Shown here: one piece after another, positions 1-8,414 of the stretch | Position numbering within the stretch: position 1 is the stretch's first letter | Layout: each line of letters starts with the position of its first letter | NCBI GenBank assembly: GCA_029269845.2 | Contig: CP149973.1 | Location: forward strand, 2,160,001-2,192,000 | DNA from: Opitutia bacterium KCR 482 | Lineage (GTDB): Bacteria; Verrucomicrobiota; Verrucomicrobiia; Opitutales; Intestinicryptomonadaceae | Direction of reading: 5' to 3' | DNA: 32,000 nt | The notes under the pieces: generated by a model | Told to the model about the DNA's origin: nothing | Databases searched by the model: none | Seen by the model: only the letters and a program-made list of their open reading frames with translations | Program-made: the position numbers and the translations under genes

Positions 1-363
1 TTCGAGGGCTTTGCCCGCAAATACGAGCTTATCGGCGCAAAGGCCGCCGAACGCGCTCAGGCGCAACAGCTTAAAGCGGAGGAAATTTCGATTATCTCCG
101 ACATCTGGGCGTACTACCACGTCTACCAAAGCTCGCTCAAACAGATTGCAAGCTCGGAGGCGAGCGTGGAGGCGGCGTCGGAGGCGTACGAGGCTACGAA
201 AATCGGCTTTGCAAACGGTGTAAATTCAATCACCGACCTGCTGAACGCGCAGACCCGTCTGGCGTCGGCAAGACAGTCGAACGTCAACGCGCGGTCGTCG
301 CTTGCGATTGCCGTCGCAAGGCTCTCGCACGCGGTCGGAGCGGTTTCGGCAAACGGAATTTAG
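1..363 (+). CDS. Outer-membrane efflux factor, TolC/OMF family, C-terminal fragment (5' end lies outside the window)
   Basis: Frame 1 is open from nt 1 to TAG at 361-363. The translation ...EAYEATKIGFANGVNSITDLLNAQTRLASARQSNVNARSSLAIAVARLSHAVG resembles the C-terminal helical repeat of TolC-like outer membrane factors. A hairpin terminator follows. Confidence 0.7.
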   Translation, partial: FEGFARKYELIGAKAAERAQAQQLKAEEISIISDIWAYYHVYQSSLKQIASSEASVEAASEAYEATKIGFANGVNSITDLLNAQTRLASARQSNVNARSSLAIAVARLSHAVGAVSANGI

Positions 364-386
364 CTTCGCGGGCTTCCGCAAAGCCG

Positions 387-435
387 AGCGGGGGGCGGTT
401 CGCAATGGCATTGCGCCCAAAGCGGGGGGCGGTTC
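387..435 (+). repeat. Perfect 15-nt direct repeat AGCGGGGGGCGGTTC (387-401 and 421-435) in the 3' UTR of the TolC-like gene, flanking a CGCAATG-G-CATTGCG palindrome (401-415)
   Basis: Read directly from the sequence. It lies between the stop codon (363) and the terminator (486-510). CCGAGC (383-388) and GCTCGG (444-449) could pair to enclose the element. Confidence 0.85.
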
Positions 436-485
436 AAATCCAAGCTCGGAGGCGATTCTGAAAAGACGCAAATTTCCGCATTCCG

Positions 486-510
486 GCGCGTCGGCATGAC
501 GCGCTTTTTT
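486..510 (+). terminator. Rho-independent terminator of the TolC-like gene
   Basis: Stem GCGCGTC (486-492), loop GGCAT, stem GACGCGC (498-504), followed by TTTTTT (505-510). Confidence 0.65.
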
Positions 511-545
511 GCGGTTTTTGCGCGTTCCGATACTCAAAAAATCCT

Positions 546-598
546 TTGACATTTCCGCGCAGTGCTTTTAACTGATTATAAAAAAGAATATTTATATA
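546..598 (+). promoter_or_regulatory. Putative promoter region of the Ig-repeat protein gene
   Basis: Perfect TTGACA at 546-551, but only weak -10 candidates at 16-17 nt spacing (TTAACT/TAACTG at 568-574). An AT-rich TATATA sits at 593-598 near the ATG. The real -10 is ambiguous. Confidence 0.3.
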
Positions 599-611
599 TC
601 CCTTGTATCCC

Positions 612-3600
612 ATGAAAAAATTGATTCCCATTTTCGCCGCGGCTCTTGCGGCTTCGTCGGCTTTCGCCGTCAGAAATTTGGAGGGTACGCTTTCGGGCAT
701 CACCTCCTCCTCCATTCTAAATCCCATAACTTCCTATTCCGACTACTGGGCAATTCCCGACGGAAAAACGTTCACGGTGGACGTTTCGTGGGAGCTTAAA
801 AAGAACGTCAGCGGCGACCTTCTAAAAGCCCCGGGAACGCTGGTTGTAAACGAGGGGCAGACTCTTACGCTCACTTCCGTTGTGAATCGCAATTCGGCGG
901 AAGTTCCGTCGTTCGCGAAGGGCACTATCGACGGCGCGTTGGACATCAAAATGAGAAGCGCGGTCGTGACGTTCTCGAATGCGGACTTCACCGTAAACGG
1001 TTCGCTGAAAACCAACACAAAGACCTCTCTGCGAATCAAAAGCGGCACTCTCACGGTGTCCGACCAAGCCGAAAAAGGCTCGCTTATTTTGGACGGCGGC
1101 ATTCAGGAGCGCGGCGTAAAGGGCGCGAACCCCAAGCTTGTCCTCAACGCCCCGTGGGCATTGGGCAATTCGATAAACTCAAAGGGCGTTGTTTCGTACA
1201 ATGCCGACGTTTCCATGATGATTAACAACGACTGCGGCGTGTTTACAATAGAGCTCGGCGCGCCGCAGAGAATTAGGAACGTGGTTTTCGAAAAAAACAA
1301 AAATTCCGACCTGCGCTTCGCAATTACGGATTCGTCGGCAAGGCTGATTCTTGCGGACATTGCGCCAAGCAACGACAAAACGAGGCTCATAGATTCCACA
1401 TCAAAGCAGTCAATCACGGTCGAAAATTTCAGAAACAACGCAATTTTCTTTACGGCGAACCTCACGTCGCGCTTTGCCGACGACAAAATCAAGGTGTCGG
1501 GCACGGGAAGCTCGGCTTCCAAATTCGGATATGTAGATGTTGTCGGCACGACGGCTGCCGGGGCGAAAATTTCCAACTTCAAGCTCGTAAAAGGCACGAC
1601 GACCGACGCCGACGGCAAGAGCGTAAGCGGCTGGTGGCTGAACTCCGACTACACCGTTTCGACCGACCTCCCCTCGACGACCGGCGCGTACAAGGGCAGA
1701 AAAACGACCATGACTTTCGAGGCCAAGTCGCCCGTGGCAAACGCCAAAACAACCTACGAATGGTACTGCAAAAAGAAAGGCGAATCCGAATTTGCGCCGC
1801 TCGGTAAAAACTCGAAGTCGTACTCGTTTACGTTCGAAGAAACGATGGTCGGCGACCAGTACTACTGCGAGGCGACCGACGGCACGTTCACGGTGAAATC
1901 CACAACTACGACCGTCGCACTCGAAACGAACATCACTTTCCGCGAAGACCTCCCCGCAGAGCTTGCGGTTGTCGAAAACCGCAAGGGCAAATTCGAGGTT
2001 TCGATTGACTCGCCGCTCGACAAGCCCGAAATTTCCTACAAATGGTACTGGAAGAAAAACGGATCGTCGGCGTTCGAACTCGTTGACGGCGACACCGACA
2101 CCTACGAATTTACGTTTACCTCCGACATGGTAGGCGACCAGTACTACTGTGTGGCAACCGACGGCAAAAACACCAAAAAATCGTCGGTTGCTACAATCGC
2201 GCAAAAGCCCGCAATCGAAATAAACGCGAACCTCCCCGAAACGGCGGAAACCTACGAAAAGAGCACCGTTGCGCTTTCGGTCGACGCCGTTTCCAACACC
2301 GGCTCGAAGCTTTCCTATGCTTGGTATTACAAGGCGAAGGGTGCGGCGGAATTCTCCAAAATTTCGGGTTCGAGCCGCACGCTCAAAGTCAAGGGGGCTA
2401 TGAACCTCGACGGCGGCGAATACAAGTGCGTGCTTTCTAGCGCGGAATTCAAACTTGAAACGGCGGCGACAAAGCTCACCGTTAGGGAAATTCCCAGATT
2501 CACCGTTCAGCCCGTAAAATGCACGGTGTTCAGCGGCGGCAACGCAAAATTCGAAGTTCAGGCTACTGGCTATGACCTCCAATACGTCTGGCAGTACTAC
2601 GATGCCGTCTCGAAATCTTGGATTAACATCGACACCGAAACGTCGAATGAGCTTATCGTTTCCAAAGCCGAGTTCGAAAGAAACGGCATGAAGTACAGGT
2701 GCGCAATTTCGAACGGCGGAGAATCCAACATAACGTATTCAAAAGCCGCCACGATGGTCGTAAAACAGACCGCGCAGTACGACAAACAGCCCGAATCCAC
2801 AACCGTGATTATCGGCAAAAACGCCAAGTTCGCGGTCAAGGCGTCGGGGGCTTCGCGCATATACTACAAGTGGGAATACTGCGAGCCGAAATCCTCCGTC
2901 TGGAAAGAGGTTTCGGGCGCGTCAAAGGCAAGCCTTTCCGTATCCAAGCCGACAAAGGCCATGGACGGCCGCAAATATAGGTGCTACATTCTAAACGGCG
3001 GACTGTCCGACTGGCTCGTTTCGGAAACAGCCACGCTTTCGGTCAACGAAAAGACCGTGCTTTCGGAAGTCTCCAAACCCGCGTACGTCTTTGAAAACTC
3101 CTCCGTGGAGGTTTCCGTCAAGGCGCGGGCTGACACGTCCATTGTCTACAAGTGGCAACGCTACGAGAACAAGGCGTGGGTAGACGAAACGGCGGAGGCT
3201 AAAATCGCCGCCGAAGAGTCCGTTTTGAAGCTCAACGTTGCGGGTTCTTCTCTGTCCGCGCCCACAAACTTCCGCTGCCTTGTTTGGAGCGGCAACGGCG
3301 AAAACGCGCCGGTATCGATTTCCAAAACGATAAGAATAACCCCATGCGCGCTCACGGCAATCGGGCTGACCTCCAAGAGCGTTCTCTGCGCGTTCGACGG
3401 CGCGGACGCGTCGCGGGCGGATTCGCTTTGCAGGGGCAAGTTCGCGGTCAAGGCTACGGGCTACGGCTCTATTAAGTACAAGTGGTTCTTCTCCGAAGAC
3501 AACGGCAAAAACTGGAACGAAATCAACGGCGCGAAGTCGGCGGCATACACCACCGAACGCCTTGTGGGTTCGGACTTCTCGCGCGTGTACAAGTGCGAGG

Positions 3601-5276
3601 CAACCAACCCCGCGGGCACGGTCAAGCTCGACGGAATCAAGGTAAAGCTTCTTAAACCGATGACGAACGCCGACGTTTCCAAAATCGCCGACATCACCTG
3701 CGCCAATACCGACTCCGTAAAGTTCGTCGCAAACACGACCTACGACAACGACGGCATCAAGCTCACTTACAGGTGGTATGTTGACAGGAACGACGGCAAG
3801 GGCTTTGTAAAGGTAAACGGCAGCAAGAAGGAACTTGTGGTCTCGCGTCCGAACGTTTCGCTCAGCGGCGCAAAGTACAAGTGCCTTGTAGCCAACGCGG
3901 GCAACGCAGATGGCGAGTTCGCCGAATCCGCCGCCGCCACGCTCACTGTCATAGAGTCCGCCGTGATGAAAAAAGGCCCGCAGGCGGTGGTCTCCGTTAG
4001 CGGCACGACGTCGGAATTCTCGGTGTCCGCAACGGGAAGCAACCTCAAATACATCTGGGAAATCCGCGACGCCGAAGGCAACGTGGTGTTCACCACGGAA
4101 ACCACAGAGCCTACGCTCTCCTACGAATTTACCGAAGCGCTCATCGGCGGAACGGTCTCGTGCAGCGTCCAGAGCCGCCTCGCCGACGGCACGGCAATCG
4201 GCACAATTTCGACAAAAACCGCAACGGTAAACGTTCAGGAGGCTGTCGGAATCTCCAAGATTCAAATCAAGGAGGAAGGCGGCTATTCGATGGACGTAAG
4301 CGCAAGCTCGGCGGGAGCTGCGACATTCCGCGCGTCGTACAAATTCCCGTTCTCGATTAACGTCGAGGCTACGGGCTACTCGCCGACATACCAGTGGTAC
4401 GAAAGCGTAGACGGCGGCGCGTTTGCGGAAATCAGAAACGCGAAATCGAAATCCTACAAGCCGAACGTTTCGGAAAAAACGTGGGTTGTGGACGGCGTCA
4501 AGATTGCGCGGAAATCGTATTTCTGCACGGTCTCGAACAAAAACGGCAGCGTGGTTTCGGCGGTGAACACGCCCGTAATCAACGTCGTAATCGGCGAGGC
4601 TCTCGCGCCCGTTTCGATTGCGGGCACTGGCATTGTCTTCCGCGCCGACGACGAAGAGGAGTACCCGACGCTCCACATGCTCTTCCAGGGCAGCGACGGT
4701 CTGAAAATCTTCGCAAGCAACATGGACCCGACAAAAACCTACGTGAAGTCGGCGTCGTACTGGTACAACAGGTCAAGCTCGATTACGGGCTACCTGAACT
4801 TCTCTTATACGACGGTTATCGACGGCAAAACCGAAACGAAGGAAATTATCGGCGCGTTGGGATTCTCCGACGACGGCGCGACAACCGCTTCGTTTACGGA
4901 CGACAAAACCGTCTACATAGGGACTGTTGAACAAATCGGCGGCGGTGTCGCCCCCGACAAAATGACCAAAGACTTCACTGCGGTTTCGACCGACGGACTT
5001 ACTTACAAAGTGGTAATGAGGGGCGGCAAAAATTGCGACCTCACCGTTGACGGCAAGACCGCAAGCTGCACATACTCCTACCTCCGAAGGCCGCAGTCTT
5101 GCGCGATATTCAAGGTGAACGGAAAGTTCTCGGACGGCTCGAAAATCGACGTCGAATTCAACTTCTGCTTCGTCTCCGAAACATACGCGTCGGGCATAAT
5201 CAACAAAAAATCTACAAGCGCAAGCGGAGAGTCGATTTCGAACACAAGCGAAATGGCGGCGGTGTTCGCCAAGTAG
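612..5276 (+). CDS. Large secreted protein (1554 aa): signal peptide, beta-strand-rich N-terminal region, about 10 tandem Ig-like (I-set-like) repeats, unknown ~240-aa C-terminal domain
   Basis: A single long ORF. ATG at 612 (the track's 603 start is TTG) gives MKKLIPIFAAALAASSAFA, a typical Sec signal. Each repeat carries Y-x-W (YEWY, YKWYW, YAWYY, YVWQYY, YKWEY, YKWQRY, YKWFF, YRWYV, YIWEI, YQWYE). About 40-55 aa later each carries a Y/F/V-x-C motif (QYYC twice, EYKC, KYRC twice, NFRC, VYKC, KYKC, TVSC, SYFC). A strong terminator lies downstream. Confidence 0.93.
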   Translation: MKKLIPIFAAALAASSAFAVRNLEGTLSGITSSSILNPITSYSDYWAIPDGKTFTVDVSWELKKNVSGDLLKAPGTLVVNEGQTLTLTSVVNRNSAEVPSFAKGTIDGALDIKMRSAVVTFSNADFTVNGSLKTNTKTSLRIKSGTLTVSDQAEKGSLILDGGIQERGVKGANPKLVLNAPWALGNSINSKGVVSYNADVSMMINNDCGVFTIELGAPQRIRNVVFEKNKNSDLRFAITDSSARLILADIAPSNDKTRLIDSTSKQSITVENFRNNAIFFTANLTSRFADDKIKVSGTGSSASKFGYVDVVGTTAAGAKISNFKLVKGTTTDADGKSVSGWWLNSDYTVSTDLPSTTGAYKGRKTTMTFEAKSPVANAKTTYEWYCKKKGESEFAPLGKNSKSYSFTFEETMVGDQYYCEATDGTFTVKSTTTTVALETNITFREDLPAELAVVENRKGKFEVSIDSPLDKPEISYKWYWKKNGSSAFELVDGDTDTYEFTFTSDMVGDQYYCVATDGKNTKKSSVATIAQKPAIEINANLPETAETYEKSTVALSVDAVSNTGSKLSYAWYYKAKGAAEFSKISGSSRTLKVKGAMNLDGGEYKCVLSSAEFKLETAATKLTVREIPRFTVQPVKCTVFSGGNAKFEVQATGYDLQYVWQYYDAVSKSWINIDTETSNELIVSKAEFERNGMKYRCAISNGGESNITYSKAATMVVKQTAQYDKQPESTTVIIGKNAKFAVKASGASRIYYKWEYCEPKSSVWKEVSGASKASLSVSKPTKAMDGRKYRCYILNGGLSDWLVSETATLSVNEKTVLSEVSKPAYVFENSSVEVSVKARADTSIVYKWQRYENKAWVDETAEAKIAAEESVLKLNVAGSSLSAPTNFRCLVWSGNGENAPVSISKTIRITPCALTAIGLTSKSVLCAFDGADASRADSLCRGKFAVKATGYGSIKYKWFFSEDNGKNWNEINGAKSAAYTTERLVGSDFSRVYKCEATNPAGTVKLDGIKVKLLKPMTNADVSKIADITCANTDSVKFVANTTYDNDGIKLTYRWYVDRNDGKGFVKVNGSKKELVVSRPNVSLSGAKYKCLVANAGNADGEFAESAAATLTVIESAVMKKGPQAVVSVSGTTSEFSVSATGSNLKYIWEIRDAEGNVVFTTETTEPTLSYEFTEALIGGTVSCSVQSRLADGTAIGTISTKTATVNVQEAVGISKIQIKEEGGYSMDVSASSAGAATFRASYKFPFSINVEATGYSPTYQWYESVDGGAFAEIRNAKSKSYKPNVSEKTWVVDGVKIARKSYFCTVSNKNGSVVSAVNTPVINVVIGEALAPVSIAGTGIVFRADDEEEYPTLHMLFQGSDGLKIFASNMDPTKTYVKSASYWYNRSSSITGYLNFSYTTVIDGKTETKEIIGALGFSDDGATTASFTDDKTVYIGTVEQIGGGVAPDKMTKDFTAVSTDGLTYKVVMRGGKNCDLTVDGKTASCTYSYLRRPQSCAIFKVNGKFSDGSKIDVEFNFCFVSETYASGIINKKSTSASGESISNTSEMAAVFAK
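1690..4590 (+). repeat. Array of about 10 diverged ~90-100-aa Ig-like coding repeats inside the large secreted protein
   Basis: Periodic Y-x-W ... G-x-Y-x-C-x-(A/V)-x-N motifs. Repeats 1 and 2 still share a 39-nt stretch with 4 mismatches (1845-1883 vs 2127-2165, period 282 nt). Confidence 0.8.
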
Positions 5277-5295
5277 CGCAGACTTTTTTGAAGAC

Positions 5296-5327
5296 AATCC
5301 GCCCGACAAAATCGGGCGGATTTTTTT
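5296..5327 (+). terminator. Rho-independent terminator of the Ig-repeat protein gene
   Basis: Stem AATCCGCCCGA (5296-5306), loop CAAAA, stem TCGGGCGGATT (5312-5322), within a run of 7 T (5321-5327). Confidence 0.8.
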
Positions 5328-5428
5328 GCGCGGCTTCGGCTTTTGGGGCGTTCCCGCTTTTGTTCGCCGCCGATTTTTCCGAATGGAAAATGCGGGGCAA
5401 ATCGGGATTTTGCGCGCGGAAACATCTG

Positions 5429-5458
5429 TTGACAATTCGCGGAAAATCTATGTAATAA
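5429..5458 (+). promoter_or_regulatory. Sigma70-like promoter upstream of shc
   Basis: TTGACA (5429-5434), then a 16-nt spacer to TGTAAT (5451-5456) or an 18-nt spacer to TAATAA (5453-5458). The ATG is at 5481. Confidence 0.5.
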
Positions 5459-5480
5459 AAGGCGAACAGATTTTTTTATC

Positions 5481-7517
5481 ATGCAGGAAAGCAAACAGGA
5501 AGTATCGAAACCCAAAACAATCCGCGAAACTTTGCGCGCGGCGATAGACTGGGTGAAAATCAGACAGGCGGACGACGGCATGTGGTGCGGCCCGCTCGAA
5601 ACAAACTGCTGCATGGAGGCGCAGTGGATTCTTGCGATGAAATTCATCGACTTCGACGACCACAAAAAGACGAAAGTCCTCCAATACATTCTCGACAGGC
5701 AGCGCGAGGATGGCAGCTGGGACGTCTACTACGGCTCGGAGCAGGGCGACATCAACACGACCCTCGAATGCTACTTCGCACTCCGCGTCAGCGGCTTCGA
5801 TCCCGACGAGCCCGCGCTTGCAAAAGCCCGCAAATGGCTCATCGAAAACAAGTGGACAGAGCGCATCCGCGTGTTCACAAAATATTGGCTTGCGCTGTTC
5901 GGCGAATGGCCGTGGGCGCACACGCCCGTGATTCCGCCCGAAATCGTTTTCCTGCCCAAATGGTGCCCGTTCAATATTTACGACTTCGCTTCGTGGGCGC
6001 GCGCCACAATGATGCCAATCACAATTCTCTGCTCGCGCCGCCCGATTAAAGAGCTGCCCGAAAACCTCCGCCTCGACGAGCTTTTCCCCGAAGGCCGCGA
6101 CAAGGTTGACTACCGCCTGCAACGCAAGAGCCACAAGGCGATAAGCTGGGACAACCTCTTCATGAAGCTCGACCACGCCCTACACGCGTACAACCGCTTC
6201 CCGATTAAGCCGTTCAGAGAGTCGGCAATCAAGCTCGTGCTCCAATGGATGCTCGAGCACCAAGACGAGGACGGCGCGTGGGGCGGCATTCAGCCCCCGT
6301 GGATTTACGGCATTCTCACGATGTATGTCGAGGGCTTCTCGCTCGACCAAATCAATATGTCGCGGGCAATCGACGCGTTCAACCTGCACTGGCAGGTGCC
6401 CCGCGGCGAGGGCATAATGCTGCAAGCTTCCGAAAGCCCCGTTTGGGACACTTTCCTTACGATGATTTCGCTCATGGACGCTGGCGAAACCCCCGGAACT
6501 TCCCCCGAGCTTCTCAAAGCTCTCGACTACGTTCTGGCTAAGGAAAACCGCTACCACGGCGACTGGTCCGTGATGGTGGGCAAGCACGTCGAGCCCGGCG
6601 GCTGGGCGTTCGAACGCGCCAACAACTACTACCCCGACATCGACGACGCGGCAATCGCAATCTGCGCGCTCAAACGCATTCAAAAACTTCTTCCGCGCGA
6701 AAGCACGCGCGCGCGCCGCGTAGACTCGGCAATCCGCAGAACCGTCAACTGGATTCTTGCAATGCAGAACCCGAACGGCGGCTGGGCGGCTTTCGACCGC
6801 GACAACACGCGCGAGCTTGTTACAAAAATTCCCTTCGCCGACTTCGGAGAAATGCTCGACCCTCCCAGCGCGGACCTCACGGGGCACGTCGTCGAAGCCC
6901 TCGCAATGTGCGGGTTCTCGCGCAACCACCCCGCAATCGCCCGCGCAATAAAATTCATGTACGACGAGCAGGAGGACGACGGCTCGTGGTTCGGACGCTG
7001 GGGCGTCAACTACATCTACGGCACTTGCGGAGTTCTGCCGGCGCTTACGGCTGTCGGCGACACTAAGGAGACGCCGCAAATCCGCCGCGCCCTCGAATGG
7101 CTTGCCTCAAAGCAGAACGCCGACGGCGGCTGGGGCGAAAGCATAGCCTCGTACATGGAGCCGAAATATTCGGGCACGGGCATTCCCTCGACGGCGTCGC
7201 AGACCGCATGGGCGCTCATGGCGATTATGTCGGCGGACGACAAAAACTACGACGAATGCATCGCCCGCGGCTGCAAATTCCTGTGCGATTCCCAACGCGC
7301 CGACGGCACTTGGGACGAACCCTATTACACGGGCACGGGCTTCCCCGGCTACGGACTCGGCGCAAAGGTGGATTTGCGCAAGGGCGCGCCGCTCCCGCAG
7401 GGCAAGGAGCTTGCCCGCGGCTTCATGCTCAACTACAACTGGTACAGACACTATTTCCCGATTACCGCGCTAGGACGCGCCGAAAAATATTTGGCATCAC
7501 GCAAGCAAGGAAAATAG
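5481..7517 (+). CDS. shc: Squalene-hopene cyclase (class II triterpene cyclase)
   Basis: 678 aa with repeated QW-type motifs (RQREDGSWDVYYG, HQDEDGAWGGIQPPW, MQNPNGGWAAFD, EQEDDGSWFGRWG, KQNADGGWGES, SQRADGTWDEPYY). The protonating aspartate motif is DIDDAA, a variant of the canonical DxDDTA. Confidence 0.93.
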   Translation: MQESKQEVSKPKTIRETLRAAIDWVKIRQADDGMWCGPLETNCCMEAQWILAMKFIDFDDHKKTKVLQYILDRQREDGSWDVYYGSEQGDINTTLECYFALRVSGFDPDEPALAKARKWLIENKWTERIRVFTKYWLALFGEWPWAHTPVIPPEIVFLPKWCPFNIYDFASWARATMMPITILCSRRPIKELPENLRLDELFPEGRDKVDYRLQRKSHKAISWDNLFMKLDHALHAYNRFPIKPFRESAIKLVLQWMLEHQDEDGAWGGIQPPWIYGILTMYVEGFSLDQINMSRAIDAFNLHWQVPRGEGIMLQASESPVWDTFLTMISLMDAGETPGTSPELLKALDYVLAKENRYHGDWSVMVGKHVEPGGWAFERANNYYPDIDDAAIAICALKRIQKLLPRESTRARRVDSAIRRTVNWILAMQNPNGGWAAFDRDNTRELVTKIPFADFGEMLDPPSADLTGHVVEALAMCGFSRNHPAIARAIKFMYDEQEDDGSWFGRWGVNYIYGTCGVLPALTAVGDTKETPQIRRALEWLASKQNADGGWGESIASYMEPKYSGTGIPSTASQTAWALMAIMSADDKNYDECIARGCKFLCDSQRADGTWDEPYYTGTGFPGYGLGAKVDLRKGAPLPQGKELARGFMLNYNWYRHYFPITALGRAEKYLASRKQGK

Positions 7518-8366
7518 ATGAAGAAAATAATATCGTTCGGAGAGATTTTGTGGGACGTTTTTCCCGACGGAAAAGTCCTCGGCGGCGCGCCGCTCAACTC
7601 GGCCTATTATTGTTCGAGCCTCGGCGCGGACGCAAAAATCGTGGGCGCGGTCGGGCGCGACGCCAACGGAATGGGCGCGCTCGAAACAATGTCGGCGCGG
7701 GGGCTTTCTACCGAACTCGTGTCGGCAAACGCGCGTCCCACGGGAGAGGCAAAGGTTTTGCTCGATTCTTCGGGAAGCGCGACCTACGAATTTTTGAAAG
7801 ACTGCGCGTGGGACTTCATCGAATACGAACCCCGCGCCGCCGAAGCCGCGGCGTCCGCCGACGCGTTCTCGTTCGGCACTCTCGCCCAGCGTTCGCAGGT
7901 TTCGCGCAACACGCTCGCAAAACTTCTCGACGCGTGTTCCGCCTCGTGCCTCAAAGTGCTCGACGTCAATCTGCGCCTCGATTTCTACAACCGCGAAATT
8001 CTCGACTTTTCGCTGTCCCGCGCGGACGTCGCAAAAATGAACGAGTACGAGCTTGACGAGATCTGCAAGATTTTCCGCTACGAGGGCGACTCCCTCATGC
8101 GGGCAAAATTCGTTTTCGGCGCGTTCAACCTGAAATACCTAATCCTCACGCGCGGAAGCGAGGGCTACACCGTTTTCGAAAAGGGCGGCATGTTCATGGG
8201 CAAGGCAAAGCAGGTGAAAATTGTCGATACCGTCGGCGCGGGCGACGCGTTTCTTGCCGGCTTTACGATGTCGCTGCTCGGCGGCGGCGGCGCGGAGGAA
8301 GCGGCGGAAAAAGGCTCGCAACTCGCGGCGAAAGTCTGCTCGCACAGGGGCGCGTTCTGCCTGTAA
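7518..8366 (+). CDS. PfkB-family carbohydrate kinase (fructokinase-like)
   Basis: 282 aa. The N-terminus FGEILWDVFPDGKVLGGAPLNSAYY...VGAVGRDANG and the C-terminal DTVGAGDAFLAGF signature are typical of PfkB/ribokinase-family sugar kinases. The ATG directly abuts the shc stop (TAGATG). Confidence 0.85.
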   Translation: MKKIISFGEILWDVFPDGKVLGGAPLNSAYYCSSLGADAKIVGAVGRDANGMGALETMSARGLSTELVSANARPTGEAKVLLDSSGSATYEFLKDCAWDFIEYEPRAAEAAASADAFSFGTLAQRSQVSRNTLAKLLDACSASCLKVLDVNLRLDFYNREILDFSLSRADVAKMNEYELDEICKIFRYEGDSLMRAKFVFGAFNLKYLILTRGSEGYTVFEKGGMFMGKAKQVKIVDTVGAGDAFLAGFTMSLLGGGGAEEAAEKGSQLAAKVCSHRGAFCL

Positions 8367-8385
8367 TTTCGGCTTTTTGAAGGGC

Positions 8386-8414
8386 GGCGTCCGTTTTGCG
8401 GACGCCTTTTTTTT
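8386..8414 (+). terminator. Rho-independent terminator after the PfkB kinase gene
   Basis: Stem GGCGTCCG (8386-8393), loop TTTTG, stem CGGACGCC (8399-8406), then 8 T (8407-8414). Confidence 0.8.

Noticed and set aside
429-441. GGCGGTTCAAATCC, resembling a tRNA T-arm, which could indicate a tRNA or tmRNA gene.
   Set aside because: The 3' half of the T-stem does not pair (CCAAG instead of CCGCC). No acceptor, D or anticodon arms can be drawn. I keep it only as part of the 3' UTR repeat finding.
603-611. Upstream alternative starts used by the ORF track: TTG at 603, TTG at 13378, 16044, TTG at 23209, 27677 and TTG at 10658.
   Set aside because: In each case a downstream ATG gives a canonical signal peptide or N-terminus, or a stop/start overlap with the preceding gene. 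The extensions add implausible residues. This remains a judgement call without start-site data.
2991-4676. Long antisense or overlapping ORFs in the track. Examples: 1410-2582(-), 2991-4676(-), 5448-6176(-), 6180-7079(-), 7097-8056(+), 16126-17181(-), 18229-19434(+), 25308-27728(+), 27842-29332(+), 29498-30466(+), 31290-31994(-).
   Set aside because: Their translations are Arg/Gly/Val/Pro-rich and low in complexity, with no recognisable motifs. Each lies opposite, or out of frame with, a gene that has strong family motifs. Such long open frames are expected by chance in GC-rich DNA.
5350-5420. Nested hairpins (CCGATTT...AAATCGG enclosing TTCC-GAAT-GGAA) upstream of the shc promoter, considered as a riboswitch or attenuator.
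   Set aside because: They lie upstream of the predicted -35, so they would not be in the shc transcript. The stems are short and I recognise no known riboswitch motif.
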